A stretch of 64,000 nucleotides of DNA, taken from positions 2,394,578 to 2,458,577 of the forward strand of contig CP126531.1 in NCBI GenBank assembly GCA_030167125.1, read 5' to 3'. This stretch comes from Rhodanobacteraceae bacterium. GTDB taxonomy: Bacteria > Pseudomonadota > Gammaproteobacteria > Xanthomonadales > Rhodanobacteraceae. This document shows positions 28,841 through 37,826 of the stretch, in pieces. Position 1 is the stretch's first letter. Each line of letters opens with the position of its first letter. A program made the position numbers and the translations under genes. Under the pieces are notes generated by a model. The model worked only from the letters and a program-made list of their open reading frames with translations. It did no database searches and was not told the origin of the DNA.

Positions 28841-28869
28841 ATGCACTCGCGACTGCGTTGCTTGCGTTC

Positions 28870-30084
28870 TCACTCTTCCACCGGATGCGGATTCGGACTG
28901 AACGCCGGTTCCACCTTGTTGTTGATGTTGACCGGCGTGTCGTTGCGCAGCTTCAACTGGCCGCTGGTGACGACCACGTCGCCCGCCTTGATGCCGGAAA
29001 GCACCGCGACCTGGTCACCGCGCGTCGGTCCGACCGTCACCACCACCTGCTGCACGTAGTGATCGGGCGCGTTCTTGTCCTTCGCCGCGTTGGCGGATGC
29101 CTTGGCCGGCTTGCCGTCGTCGCCCGACGCGGGCGGCTGGCCTTCGCGCACCACGAACACGGTATCGCCGTACGGCGCGTACGAAATCGCGGTCTGCGGC
29201 AGCGTCAGGTAGCGCTGCTGGCTGCCCGAATCCACCGCGACCTTGGTGAACATGCCGGGCATCAGCAGCTTGTCCGGGTTTGCGATGGTCGCCTCGACGC
29301 CGACGTTGCGGGTCGAGAGATCGATCTTCGGATCGGTCGCGCTGACTTCGCCCGAGAACGTCTTGCCCTTGAACGCGTCGGCGGTCACTTCGACCTTGCC
29401 GCCGGTGCGCAGCGTGGCCAGCGAGGACTGCGGCACGGTGAAATCGACGTACACCGGGTCGAGCTGCTGCAGCGTGACCACCGCGGTGCCCGCACTGATG
29501 TACTGGCCCGCGTTCGCGGTGATGATGCCGACGCGGCCTGCGAACGGCGCGCGCAGCGTCTTCTTGTCCACCAGCGCCTGCTGCGACGCGGCGTTCGCCT
29601 GCGCGCTCTTCAGGTTGGCCATGTCGGTGTCGTACTGCGCCTTGCTGATCGCCTGCACCGCGAGCTGCTTCTTCGAACGCTCGGCGGTGAGGGCGGCCAG
29701 CTGCGCGGCGGCCTGCAGCGAGGCCAGCGTCGCGCGGTCCTGGTCATCCACCAGCTTGACCAGCACCTGGCCTTTCTTGACGTCGGTGCCGGATTTCACG
29801 TCCACGCTTTCGACCAGCCCGGCGACGTCGAACGCGAGGTCACTGCCGTGCACCGCGCGCACGTTGCCGACCGCCTCCACGTGCGGCTGCCAATCCTGGT
29901 ACTCGGCGGTCATGGTGCTGACCGTCTGCGGCGGGTTGGCCATGGACTTCATGAACTTGCCGATCATGATGCCCTTGAAGGTGTTGAAGGCGATCAGCAA
30001 GCCGAACAGGATCACCACCGCGGCGATCACGATGATCAGGCGCTTGCGCTGCTTGGGCCGCGCGGAAGATACGTATGCGTTCAT
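28870..30084 (-). CDS. RND efflux periplasmic adaptor (membrane fusion protein)
   Basis: MNAYVSSARPKQRKRLIIVIAAVVILF is a membrane anchor, and the HlyD/AcrA-like lipoyl and beta-barrel regions follow. The ATG at 30084 is preferred. Confidence 0.92.
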   Translation of the reverse strand: MNAYVSSARPKQRKRLIIVIAAVVILFGLLIAFNTFKGIMIGKFMKSMANPPQTVSTMTAEYQDWQPHVEAVGNVRAVHGSDLAFDVAGLVESVDVKSGTDVKKGQVLVKLVDDQDRATLASLQAAAQLAALTAERSKKQLAVQAISKAQYDTDMANLKSAQANAASQQALVDKKTLRAPFAGRVGIITANAGQYISAGTAVVTLQQLDPVYVDFTVPQSSLATLRTGGKVEVTADAFKGKTFSGEVSATDPKIDLSTRNVGVEATIANPDKLLMPGMFTKVAVDSGSQQRYLTLPQTAISYAPYGDTVFVVREGQPPASGDDGKPAKASANAAKDKNAPDHYVQQVVVTVGPTRGDQVAVLSGIKAGDVVVTSGQLKLRNDTPVNINNKVEPAFSPNPHPVEE

Positions 30085-30086
30085 GG

Positions 30087-31595
30087 TCAATGCTTCGCTG
30101 CGGAATTGGCTTCGGAAAGTTGCGTTGGATGATCCCAACTACCGCCGAGCGCCGCATACAACGCGGCGGTGTCGGCGAGGCGCGACGCGCGCGCGGAGAT
30201 TTCGGCGATGCGGGCCTGCTGGTGCTGGCGTTCGGCGGACAGCAGGGTCAGGTAGTCGACCGCGCCGACCCGGTATTGCTCGCGCGTCAGCGACAGCAGT
30301 TTTTCGGCGTCCTGTTCGGAGGTGCTTTGCGCCTTCAATGATTGTGCGTCGTAGTCGAGCGCCTGCAGCGAATCGGCCACGTTCTGGAACGCGACCAGCA
30401 CGGTCTGCTGCCAGTCCGCCAGCGCCGCGTCCATGCCCGCCTCGGCAGCGCGCTTCTGGTGCAGCAACTGGCCGCCGTGGAACAGCGGCTGCAGCAGGCC
30501 GAGCCCGATCGACCAGCCGCCGCTGCCGGCGGCGAACAGGCCGGAGGTTTTCAACGCTTCGCTGGTCAGGCTGCCGTTCAAGCTGAGCTTGGGCAGCATG
30601 TCGGCGGTCGCGACGCCGACCTGCGCGGTCGCGGCGTGCAACTGCGCCGACGCGGCGCGGATGTCGGGGCGCTGCGCAACCAGCGTGGACGGCAGGCTGA
30701 CCGGAATGTCGGTGGGCAGCGTGACGTCGGCCAGTGTCACCGGCTGCAATTGCAATTGCGCCGGCGTGACGCCGAGGTAGGTCGCGAGCTGGTTTTGGGT
30801 CGCCGAGAGCTGCTTCTCCAGCGACGGCAGCGTCGCTTCGGTCGCGGCGAGCTGCGAGCGCACGGCCAGCGTGTCGGACAGCGACTTCGCGCCGATCGCC
30901 TGCTGCTTCTGCGCAATGTCGAGTTCCTGCTTCAGCGAATCGACGATTTCGTGCGTGGCCTTGACCTGCTCGCGCAGCGACGCTTCCTGCAGCGAAGCGG
31001 TGATGACGTTCGCCGCCAGCGTCAAGTACGTTGCATCGAGTTGCGCGCGGCTGACATCGGCCTGCGCCTGCTGCGCTTCGATGCCGCGACGCACGCCGCC
31101 GAAAATGTCGAACACGTAGCCGACGCTGACGCCCGCGTTGTAGACGGTGAAGGGCCCGAGCGCCTTGCCGGTGCCGGTCTGCGCGGCGGACTGCTTGGCG
31201 CGGGTGGCGCCGAGGTTCGCATCCAGCGACGGGAACAGACTGCCGCCCGCGGCTTTCGCGGTTTCCTCGGCCTGGCGCAACGCGGCCTGTGCGGCGGTGA
31301 TCGACGGGCTGTGCTGGAACGCCTGCTGCACGCGGCGATCCAGTTCGGCGTTGCCGAACGTGGTCCACCAGCGCTGCGGCACGTTCTCGCCTTCGAGGAA
31401 GCGTTGCGCGTCACCCCCGGCGGTGTCGGCGGTGACCGTGGATTGCGGCAGGGGCGCGGTCGTGTAGCGATCGACCGCGGGCGCGGCCGGAACCCGGAAA
31501 TTCGGGCCGACTGCACATCCGGCAAGTGCCAGCGTCGCGATCGTCAGCGTGGCCCGCCTCGCGGCAGACTTGAATGGAGTCATGGCATGCGTCAT
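30087..31595 (-). CDS. efflux outer-membrane factor lipoprotein (NodT family)
   Basis: Lipobox LALAGC, with the two-repeat OMF architecture. The stop lies 2 nt before the MFP start. Confidence 0.92.
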   Translation of the reverse strand: MTHAMTPFKSAARRATLTIATLALAGCAVGPNFRVPAAPAVDRYTTAPLPQSTVTADTAGGDAQRFLEGENVPQRWWTTFGNAELDRRVQQAFQHSPSITAAQAALRQAEETAKAAGGSLFPSLDANLGATRAKQSAAQTGTGKALGPFTVYNAGVSVGYVFDIFGGVRRGIEAQQAQADVSRAQLDATYLTLAANVITASLQEASLREQVKATHEIVDSLKQELDIAQKQQAIGAKSLSDTLAVRSQLAATEATLPSLEKQLSATQNQLATYLGVTPAQLQLQPVTLADVTLPTDIPVSLPSTLVAQRPDIRAASAQLHAATAQVGVATADMLPKLSLNGSLTSEALKTSGLFAAGSGGWSIGLGLLQPLFHGGQLLHQKRAAEAGMDAALADWQQTVLVAFQNVADSLQALDYDAQSLKAQSTSEQDAEKLLSLTREQYRVGAVDYLTLLSAERQHQQARIAEISARASRLADTAALYAALGGSWDHPTQLSEANSAAKH

Positions 31596-31666
31596 TCGGG
31601 CGGGAAACGGTTTGAAGCGTTCTGCAAGGCGCCGGAGCGGCGGACGGCATATCTGAACTGCGCGGT

Positions 31667-31695
31667 ATAGTATCTACACCGCTCTTGCGTTGCAA
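31667..31695 (-). promoter_or_regulatory. candidate sigma-70 promoter for the OMF-MFP-RND operon
   Basis: The minus strand reads TTGCAA-17 nt-TACTAT, about 70-100 nt upstream of the OMF start. This is a pattern match only. Confidence 0.35.
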
Positions 31696-31971
31696 CATTT
31701 TTCGGCGAGGCGGCCGTGCGCCTTGCATTGCCGGACCGCGAGCACGCGGGTGATGCGTATTCAAACCGGATCGACGCCGCTTGGATAGAGTCGGAAGTCC
31801 TGCTTTTCAACATGACACTCGTCAGGTGGCATTCGCGCATGCTGCATTGACGATCGGTGCCGCGTGATTTCGACAGGCTTGAAGTGCAAGGGCATGCTCC
31901 GCGAAGAACGCAAGGTGCACCAAAAAAACCGTTTACGTTCTCCGCGTTCTTCGCGGACAATTTTCTGCTTC

Positions 31972-32439
31972 TCAGGCGAACGTGGCTCGAAACGCCGCCA
32001 GCGACGCGCGCCACCAGTCCGCCGCGCGCGCCAGCGTCGCCGGTTCGGGAAAGCCGTGGCGCGCGGCGTGCCGTTGCGGGATCGTGTCCCAGCCGCGGTG
32101 CTCGATCGACACGCGGGTTTCGTCGCCGACCGGCTCGAAGCAAACTTCGACTTCGGTCGATTGCTCAGGCGCGAAGCTCGCAGACCGCCACGCGAACACC
32201 AGGCGGCGGCCGGGTTCCCACACCGAGATGCGTCCGATCTCGAACTCGCCACCATCGTCGAACGTGGTGTACAGCCGTCCGCCCGCGCCGGGTTCGAACG
32301 CCAGCCGGCCATCGCCGCGCTCCGTGATCCGGAACAATCCGTTCGGCCGCCACCACGCCGCGATGTCCGTGGTGAAGACTTCGAACGCACGCGCGGGATC
32401 GGCGGGCACGCGGATCGCGAGATAGACCTTCGACGTCAC
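31972..32439 (-). CDS. SRPBCC-family protein (AHSA1 / activator-of-Hsp90-ATPase-homologue-like)
   Basis: 155 aa with a GTG start. PARAFEVFTTDIAAWWRP... is typical of ArsR-linked SRPBCC proteins. Confidence 0.85.
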   Translation of the reverse strand: MTSKVYLAIRVPADPARAFEVFTTDIAAWWRPNGLFRITERGDGRLAFEPGAGGRLYTTFDDGGEFEIGRISVWEPGRRLVFAWRSASFAPEQSTEVEVCFEPVGDETRVSIEHRGWDTIPQRHAARHGFPEPATLARAADWWRASLAAFRATFA

Positions 32440-32448
32440 TTTTTCTTT

Positions 32449-33157
32449 GGGGCTGTCCTAGATAACGCTAAAGGTCGAGCCAGAGTTTGAGAGTTTGCAG
32501 TTGTTGTTTTGGTGTGCCGTAGTTGAAGCGGAACTCGCATTCTTTCAGGAACAGGAAGAAGTGTTTGCGCGGCACGCCATTGTACTTTCGCAAAATCCGC
32601 TTGGATTGATTCCAGAAATTCTCGATGCCGTTGATGTGCTGACCGCGACGGCCCACGAAGCTGCGACTGTGGTTCACACGATGATGTTTGAAACCGGAAA
32701 CATCCAGGATGTTGTAACTGGAAAGGCTGTCGGTGTAGACCACCGAATCGGCCTGCACCTTGGTTTTCAGGGCAGTCAGCAACGTGCGGCTCTGGGCATC
32801 GGCGACCGGCAGCGCGTAGACCTTGCCGCCGCGTTTGAGGATGCCGAACACACACACCTTGCCGGCTGCACCCCGTCCGCGTTTGCCTTTGCGGACCCCG
32901 CCGAAGTAGCTTTCATCGCATTCGAACACCGCAAGTTCGGGTTCGATCTCGGCCATCTTGGCGGCGATGCACTGGCGCAGCTTGTGGAAGAACAGCGCTG
33001 CGGTGTTGCGATGCACGCCGGTCAGATCGGCGGCGGTTCGAGCTGTCACTTCGGCGACGAACAACTCCAGCAGCTTGGATTGCTGTTTTCTACTGATCCG
33101 ACAACGATGTAGAGCCATGGGCCATCCTAGACAGGGTTACTTATCTAGGACAGCCCC
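32449..33157 (-). mobile_element. IS1595-family insertion sequence (IS1016-like size, 709 bp)
   Basis: Perfect 17-bp terminal IRs: GGGGCTGTCCTAGATAA at 32449-32465 and its complement at 33141-33157. An 8-bp direct repeat TTTTCTTT flanks the element at 32441-32448 and 33158-33165. Confidence 0.9.
32468..33118 (-). CDS. IS1595-family transposase
   Basis: 216 aa. CDESYFGG...VYTDSLSSY...HHRVNHS...INGIENFW are DDE_Tnp_IS1595 hallmarks. Confidence 0.92.
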   Translation of the reverse strand: MALHRCRISRKQQSKLLELFVAEVTARTAADLTGVHRNTAALFFHKLRQCIAAKMAEIEPELAVFECDESYFGGVRKGKRGRGAAGKVCVFGILKRGGKVYALPVADAQSRTLLTALKTKVQADSVVYTDSLSSYNILDVSGFKHHRVNHSRSFVGRRGQHINGIENFWNQSKRILRKYNGVPRKHFFLFLKECEFRFNYGTPKQQLQTLKLWLDL

Positions 33158-33485
33158 TTTTCTTTTTCCCCACGTGCGCCTTGAACGCGACCAGTTGCTC
33201 CGCCCACGCGTTCTCGGTCTGTTCCAGCCACGCCTTCAATTCGGCCATGGGCTGCGGGCGCAGGCTGTACACGCGCACGCGCGAATCGAAGGCATCGCGT
33301 TGCTCGTCGACGAGGCCGCTCTCGCGCAACGCGCGCAGGTGCCGGCTCACCGCCGGAAACGAGCTGCGCAGCGCGCCCGCCAGTTCGCCGGCGCGGTAGG
33401 GGCGTTCGCGCAGGAGATCCACGATCCGCCGCCGGTCCGGCGCGGCCAGCGCGGCGAGCGTGCGGTCGAGCCTTGCTGCGCTCAT
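33141..33485 (-). CDS. ArsR/SmtB-family transcriptional regulator (3-prime end now reads into the IS1595 terminal repeat)
   Basis: MSAARLDRTLAALAAPDRRRIVDLLRERPYRAGELAGAL...VSRHLRALRESGLV is a winged HTH. The last 5 codons and the stop (RGCPR*) are IS-derived. Confidence 0.85.
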   Translation of the reverse strand: MSAARLDRTLAALAAPDRRRIVDLLRERPYRAGELAGALRSSFPAVSRHLRALRESGLVDEQRDAFDSRVRVYSLRPQPMAELKAWLEQTENAWAEQLVAFKAHVGKKKRGCPR

Positions 33486-33952
33486 GCAAGCTTGCTGAAC
33501 CTGAAGCCGGTCGCGTCTTCCATGTCCTTCTGCGACACCTCGCGCACGGCCTGGGCGAAGGTCCAGTGGTGGCCTTCCGGATCCACGGCAACGTAGGTGC
33601 GGTCGCCGTAGAACTGGTCTTCGGGTTCCTTGAAGATTTTCGCGCCGGCGCGGCGCGCGCGTTCGCAGTGCGCGTCGATGTCGCGCTCGACGCGCACGTG
33701 GAGGCGCTGGGTGTTCTTGCCGCCGGCGGACTGCGGGCTGCTCACCCAGTCCCAGCCGGGCCACGGGCCGCCGACCATGATGACGCCATCGCCGAAAGTC
33801 ATCTCCGCGTGCACGATGTTGCCGTCGCCGTCGGTCAGCACTTCGCTGGGTTCGAAGCCGAACGCCTTTTCCAGCCATTCGAGCGCAGCGCGGGTGTCGT
33901 TGTAGGTGATGGACGGAATGAAGGAGGGTCGGCGGATTTGCGGGTTGGTCAT
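33482..33952 (-). CDS. VOC-family (glyoxalase / bleomycin-resistance fold) protein
   Basis: 156 aa. The pattern ...AALEWLEKAFGFE...HAEMTFGDGVIMVG...YVAVDPEGHHWTF is typical of the family. The stop overlaps the arsR start (ATGA). Confidence 0.85.
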   Translation of the reverse strand: MTNPQIRRPSFIPSITYNDTRAALEWLEKAFGFEPSEVLTDGDGNIVHAEMTFGDGVIMVGGPWPGWDWVSSPQSAGGKNTQRLHVRVERDIDAHCERARRAGAKIFKEPEDQFYGDRTYVAVDPEGHHWTFAQAVREVSQKDMEDATGFRFSKLA

Positions 33953-34040
33953 CGCGGGCTCCCGTAGTTGCTTGACGTGTTAATAGTTAACACGAATTGC
34001 AATCAATTTGCAAGGCGTCAGCGAACCATTGCGGGCAGGT

Positions 34041-35171
34041 TCAACCCGGAAGCGCGGCCGCCTTGTGGGCTTCGGCGAGGTACTCGCGGCTCTGCATCTC
34101 GATCAGGCGGCTCTCGATGCGCGCGAAATCGCCGCGCAGCCGCGTGCCGTCGTACAGCTCGACCACCGGCGCCTGCGCGGTCACCGCCAGCTTCACGCGG
34201 CGGTCGTACACCTCGTCGATCAGGTGCACGAAGCGTTGCGCGGCGTCTTCGTTGAACGGCGTGAACTGCGGCAGGCGCGAAATCAGGATCGCGGGATACG
34301 TCCGCGCCAGTTCGATGTAATCCGCCGAACCGTACGGGCCGTCGCACAGCGCCGCGAAGTCGAACCACGCCGCCTGCGCGCACACGCGGTGCGCACGGAA
34401 GCTGCGGTCGTTGATCGTGAGCGTGGCGTTCTCCTCGACCGGACCCTGCGCCAGTTCCGCGAACAGCCGCGCCAGCGCCGCTTCGGCGCGCGCGTCGTCC
34501 GGCGTCAGGTACACCGGCGCGCGGGTCAACGCGCGCAGGCGCCAATCCTGCGGCGATGCCAGTTCCAGCACTTCGCAGTGTTGCTCCAATAAATCGATCG
34601 CCGGCAGGAAGCGTTCGCGCTGCAGGCCGTTCCTGTAAAGCTCATGCGGCGGCGTGTTCGAGGTGGTGACCAGGGTGACGCCGCGTTCGACCAGCGCGCG
34701 CAGCAGGCCGTACAGGATCATCGCATCGCCGATGTCGGTGACCATGAACTCGTCGAGGCACAGCACCCGCGCGCGCGCGGCGATGCCGGCCGCGACCCGC
34801 GGCAGCGGATCGCGCACTTCGCCGAGCGCGCGCAACTGCGCGTGCACGTCCAGCATGAAACGATGGAAATGCACGCGCAGCGCGAGGCCGGACGGCAGCG
34901 ATGCGACGAACTGATCCATCAGCATGGTCTTGCCGCGGCCGACCGCGCCCCACAAATACAAGCCGTGGACCGGTTCGGGGGCTTTCAGGCGCGCGCGCAA
35001 CCGCGCGAACATGCCCGGCGGCGGTGCCTCCAGCAATGCCGCGTGCAGGCGATCGAAGGCTTCCAGCGCGGTGCGTTGCGCCGGATCATCCTGCCAGCGG
35101 TTTTCCACGACCCCACGGGCGTACAGCACAGTCGGTAGCGCGCCGGCAGGAACAGCTTGCGCTTCGCTCAT
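34041..35171 (-). CDS. zapE: cell division protein ZapE (AFG1-like ATPase)
   Basis: Walker A GAVGRGKT, Walker B VLCLDEF, and TTSNTPPHELY. The ATG at 35171 is preferred; the rest of the 758-aa ORF is shadow sequence. Confidence 0.9.
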   Translation of the reverse strand: MSEAQAVPAGALPTVLYARGVVENRWQDDPAQRTALEAFDRLHAALLEAPPPGMFARLRARLKAPEPVHGLYLWGAVGRGKTMLMDQFVASLPSGLALRVHFHRFMLDVHAQLRALGEVRDPLPRVAAGIAARARVLCLDEFMVTDIGDAMILYGLLRALVERGVTLVTTSNTPPHELYRNGLQRERFLPAIDLLEQHCEVLELASPQDWRLRALTRAPVYLTPDDARAEAALARLFAELAQGPVEENATLTINDRSFRAHRVCAQAAWFDFAALCDGPYGSADYIELARTYPAILISRLPQFTPFNEDAAQRFVHLIDEVYDRRVKLAVTAQAPVVELYDGTRLRGDFARIESRLIEMQSREYLAEAHKAAALPG

Positions 35172-35848
35172 CGCGGAGGCGGCAGCCAATACCGGATCGC
35201 ATTCTTCACCGCGCCGCGCAAGTCCATCAGGCGGCGGTGGAAGAAATGTCCGGTCTCGGGCATGCGGATCAGCGTCGGCGGCGGGTCGAGCGTTTCGATC
35301 CAGTCGAACACGCCCTGCGCATCCACCACTTCGTCGTCCTCGCCCTGCACCACCAGCCACGGGCAGCCCGGCATCGCCAGTTCCGCGAATTCGTAGCGCC
35401 CGACCGGCGGCGCCACGGTGACCAGCGCGTCCGCGCCAAGCGAACGCGCGGAACGCAGCGCGACGTAGCTGCCGAACGAGAATCCCGCCAGCCACAAGGC
35501 ATCGCCGGCGCGCGCCTGGCGCACCCACTGCGCCACCGCGACCAGGTCGCCGCTTTCGCCATCGCCGTTGTCGAACGCGCCGTTGGACGCGCCGACGCCA
35601 CGAAAGTTGAAGCGCACCGTCGCGAGCCCCGATTCGCGGAACGCGCGTTCCAGCATCGTGACCACCTTGTTGCGCATCGTGCCGCCCTGTTGCGGATTGG
35701 GGTGGCAGATCACGACCGTGCCGGCGCGCGCCTGGTCCGGTTCCGGCACCGCTGTCGCCACTTCCAGCGTACCGGCGGGACCGGGCAGCGCGAACGTGGC
35801 GGGGGCGTCTGGGAAGCCGGCCGGGGCCGGCGGCAAGGCGTCGCTCAT
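35168..35848 (-). CDS. alpha/beta-fold hydrolase
   Basis: 226 aa with a nucleophile elbow GFSFG, VVICHPNPQQGGT, and a C-terminal GHFF. The stop overlaps the zapE start (ATGA). Confidence 0.8.
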   Translation of the reverse strand: MSDALPPAPAGFPDAPATFALPGPAGTLEVATAVPEPDQARAGTVVICHPNPQQGGTMRNKVVTMLERAFRESGLATVRFNFRGVGASNGAFDNGDGESGDLVAVAQWVRQARAGDALWLAGFSFGSYVALRSARSLGADALVTVAPPVGRYEFAELAMPGCPWLVVQGEDDEVVDAQGVFDWIETLDPPPTLIRMPETGHFFHRRLMDLRGAVKNAIRYWLPPPR

Positions 35849-35873
35849 GGGAGGATGATAATGGGAAACCGCC

Positions 35874-36470
35874 ATGAACCACCTCGCCCATGCCCTGCTT
35901 GCCGACGCCGCTGGCGTCGAGTTCGCGCTGGGCAGCGCGCAGGGCGATTTCGTCCACGGGCCGCCCGATCCGGATTGGTCTTGCGCACGCCAGGCCGGCC
36001 TGCGTTTCCATCGCGCGATCGACCGTTTCACCGACACGCATTCCGAAGTGGTGGCCGCGCGCAGCGGCTTCGAGCCGCCGCTGCGCCGCTACGCGGGCAT
36101 CGTGCTGGACGTGTGGTTCGATCATTTGCTGGTGCGCGAATGGAACCGTTACCGCGCGGACGAACGGCTGCCCGAATTTTCGCGGCGCTGGCTGGCGCTG
36201 CTGGACGCGCATGCGGCGGAATTGCCGGAATCGCTGCGCGCGTTCCTCGCCTGGATGCACGCGCACGGCCTGCCTGCGGCGTACGGCAATGAAGCCACGC
36301 TCGACGTCGTGTTCCATGCGCTGGCGCGGCGCTTGTCGCGACCATCACCCATCGGCGAGGCATTGCCCGCACTGCTCGAACGCACAAAGGCGCTGCAGCA
36401 TTGCTTCGACGCGTTCTTCCCGGAACTCGTGGTGCACGCGCGTGATTTGCGCCGCGCGTTGCTGGCCTAG
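35874..36470 (+). CDS. acpH: acyl carrier protein phosphodiesterase
   Basis: MNHLAHALLA...GDFVHG...HRAIDRFTDTH...VLDVWFDHLL is collinear with E. coli AcpH. Confidence 0.85.
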   Translation: MNHLAHALLADAAGVEFALGSAQGDFVHGPPDPDWSCARQAGLRFHRAIDRFTDTHSEVVAARSGFEPPLRRYAGIVLDVWFDHLLVREWNRYRADERLPEFSRRWLALLDAHAAELPESLRAFLAWMHAHGLPAAYGNEATLDVVFHALARRLSRPSPIGEALPALLERTKALQHCFDAFFPELVVHARDLRRALLA

Positions 36471-37687
36471 GCTTCCTCGCTGAGCTTGCGGCTGGCCACG
36501 ACCGCACGCCAGCCGAACACGCCGGCCAAGCCAGCCGCCGCCGCGGATACCGCGCCGATCGTTCCCAGCGAAGCGCCCAGCGCGCGCAGCGCTTGCAGCC
36601 CGCTCGCCACCGTGACATCGCCGAAACGCCACACCGCGGTGTCGACGAAGTTCTTGCCCTTGTAACGGATCTCGCGCGCGGTGCGCGTGTACAGCGCGTC
36701 CGACGCAGGCTTGGTGACGCCGTACGCGAAGCCGCGCGTCACCACCAGCATCAGCGGGATCAGCGCGACAGTCATTCCGGCAACGCCGAACTGCGCGGCG
36801 CCGAACAGTGCCACCGCGATCAGCACGGCGACATTCACCGCCGCCGGCAATACCAGTCCCGAGACGATGCCGAAGCGCTGCAGCATCCAGCGCGTCAGTC
36901 CGACCTGCAACGCCATCTGCAGGATGTTCACCGCGAGATCGATGTGTCCGTAGAAGGCGGTGCGCGCGGCGGCATCGGCGAAATGCGCCTTGGCGTAATC
37001 GGCGACCAGCGCGTACGCGAGCGTGCCCACGCCGTCCGAGCACAGCATCAGGAGCGCCATCAGGCGCAGGAACGGATCGGTGAAGGTCGCGCGCAGACCC
37101 GCAAGGATCGAGCCGCCGATCGGCGCTGCTTCTGCGCGCGTTCCGGTGTTCGTCGCCGACAAATACAGCATCAGTCCGAGTGCGATCACCAGCAATATCG
37201 CCGACACGACCAGCAACGGCGCCACGCCGATGCGTTCCACCAGCAGCGAAGTCAACGCGGGACCCGCCAGCGCGCCGAACGCGCCGCCCAGCGCGATCAG
37301 CGGAAACACGCGCCGCGCGCGTTCGCCGTCGAACAGGTCCGCCATCAGGCTCCAGAACAGCGACACCACGAACAGGTTGAACACGCTGACCCAGATGAAG
37401 AAGCCGATGCCCAGCGCGCGCGCCCCGATCCGAGCCTGCTGCGCGAACAGCGGCACGAATGCGACGAGGCACACGATGAAAAACCCGTAGCTCCACGCAA
37501 GCAGCGCGCGCCGCGGCAGGCGCGCCGACAGCCAGCCGAACAGTGGCGCGACCACCAGCATCGCAGCGAAGGTACCCGCATAGAACCACGGCAGCGCGAC
37601 CGAACCGGTCGCACCCGCCAGTTGGTCGCGCACCGGGCGGATCACGTAGTAGGCGGCGAGCAGGAAGAAGAACGCCAGCGCCGCCAA
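36467..37687 (-). CDS. MFS-type transporter (ADP/ATP-translocase-like / Npt1-Npt2 family)
   Basis: 406 aa and about 12 TM segments, with the N-terminal FFLLAAYYVIRPVRDQL motif. The TTG start in the ORF track is uncertain. Confidence 0.8.
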   Translation of the reverse strand: MAALAFFFLLAAYYVIRPVRDQLAGATGSVALPWFYAGTFAAMLVVAPLFGWLSARLPRRALLAWSYGFFIVCLVAFVPLFAQQARIGARALGIGFFIWVSVFNLFVVSLFWSLMADLFDGERARRVFPLIALGGAFGALAGPALTSLLVERIGVAPLLVVSAILLVIALGLMLYLSATNTGTRAEAAPIGGSILAGLRATFTDPFLRLMALLMLCSDGVGTLAYALVADYAKAHFADAAARTAFYGHIDLAVNILQMALQVGLTRWMLQRFGIVSGLVLPAAVNVAVLIAVALFGAAQFGVAGMTVALIPLMLVVTRGFAYGVTKPASDALYTRTAREIRYKGKNFVDTAVWRFGDVTVASGLQALRALGASLGTIGAVSAAAAGLAGVFGWRAVVASRKLSEEA

Positions 37688-37826
37688 CCCGACCCGGCGT
37701 GTCTCCGTTGCGAAGCGGCTGTTGTGGAAAGTCAGGGCAGGAAGCCCGTTCTGGTGTTCATGACTGCCGGACGCTCCAGTTCACTGATGTATCCAGCGAT
37801 GCAGCGATCAGGGACGATCGCACGAA

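Noticed and set aside
31899-31956. 13-bp inverted repeat ccgcgaagaacgc / gcgttcttcgcgg downstream of the SRPBCC gene, with an A7/T7 run in the loop.
   Set aside because: It could be a terminator or another repeat, but the T-run is inside the loop rather than after the stem and I saw no second copy. The evidence is insufficient.
36345-37589. 414-aa alternative-frame ORF overlapping the MFS transporter gene.
   Set aside because: The 36467-37687 frame gives about 12 clean hydrophobic helices and a family motif. The alternative frame is Arg/Ala/Gly-rich with no membrane pattern.
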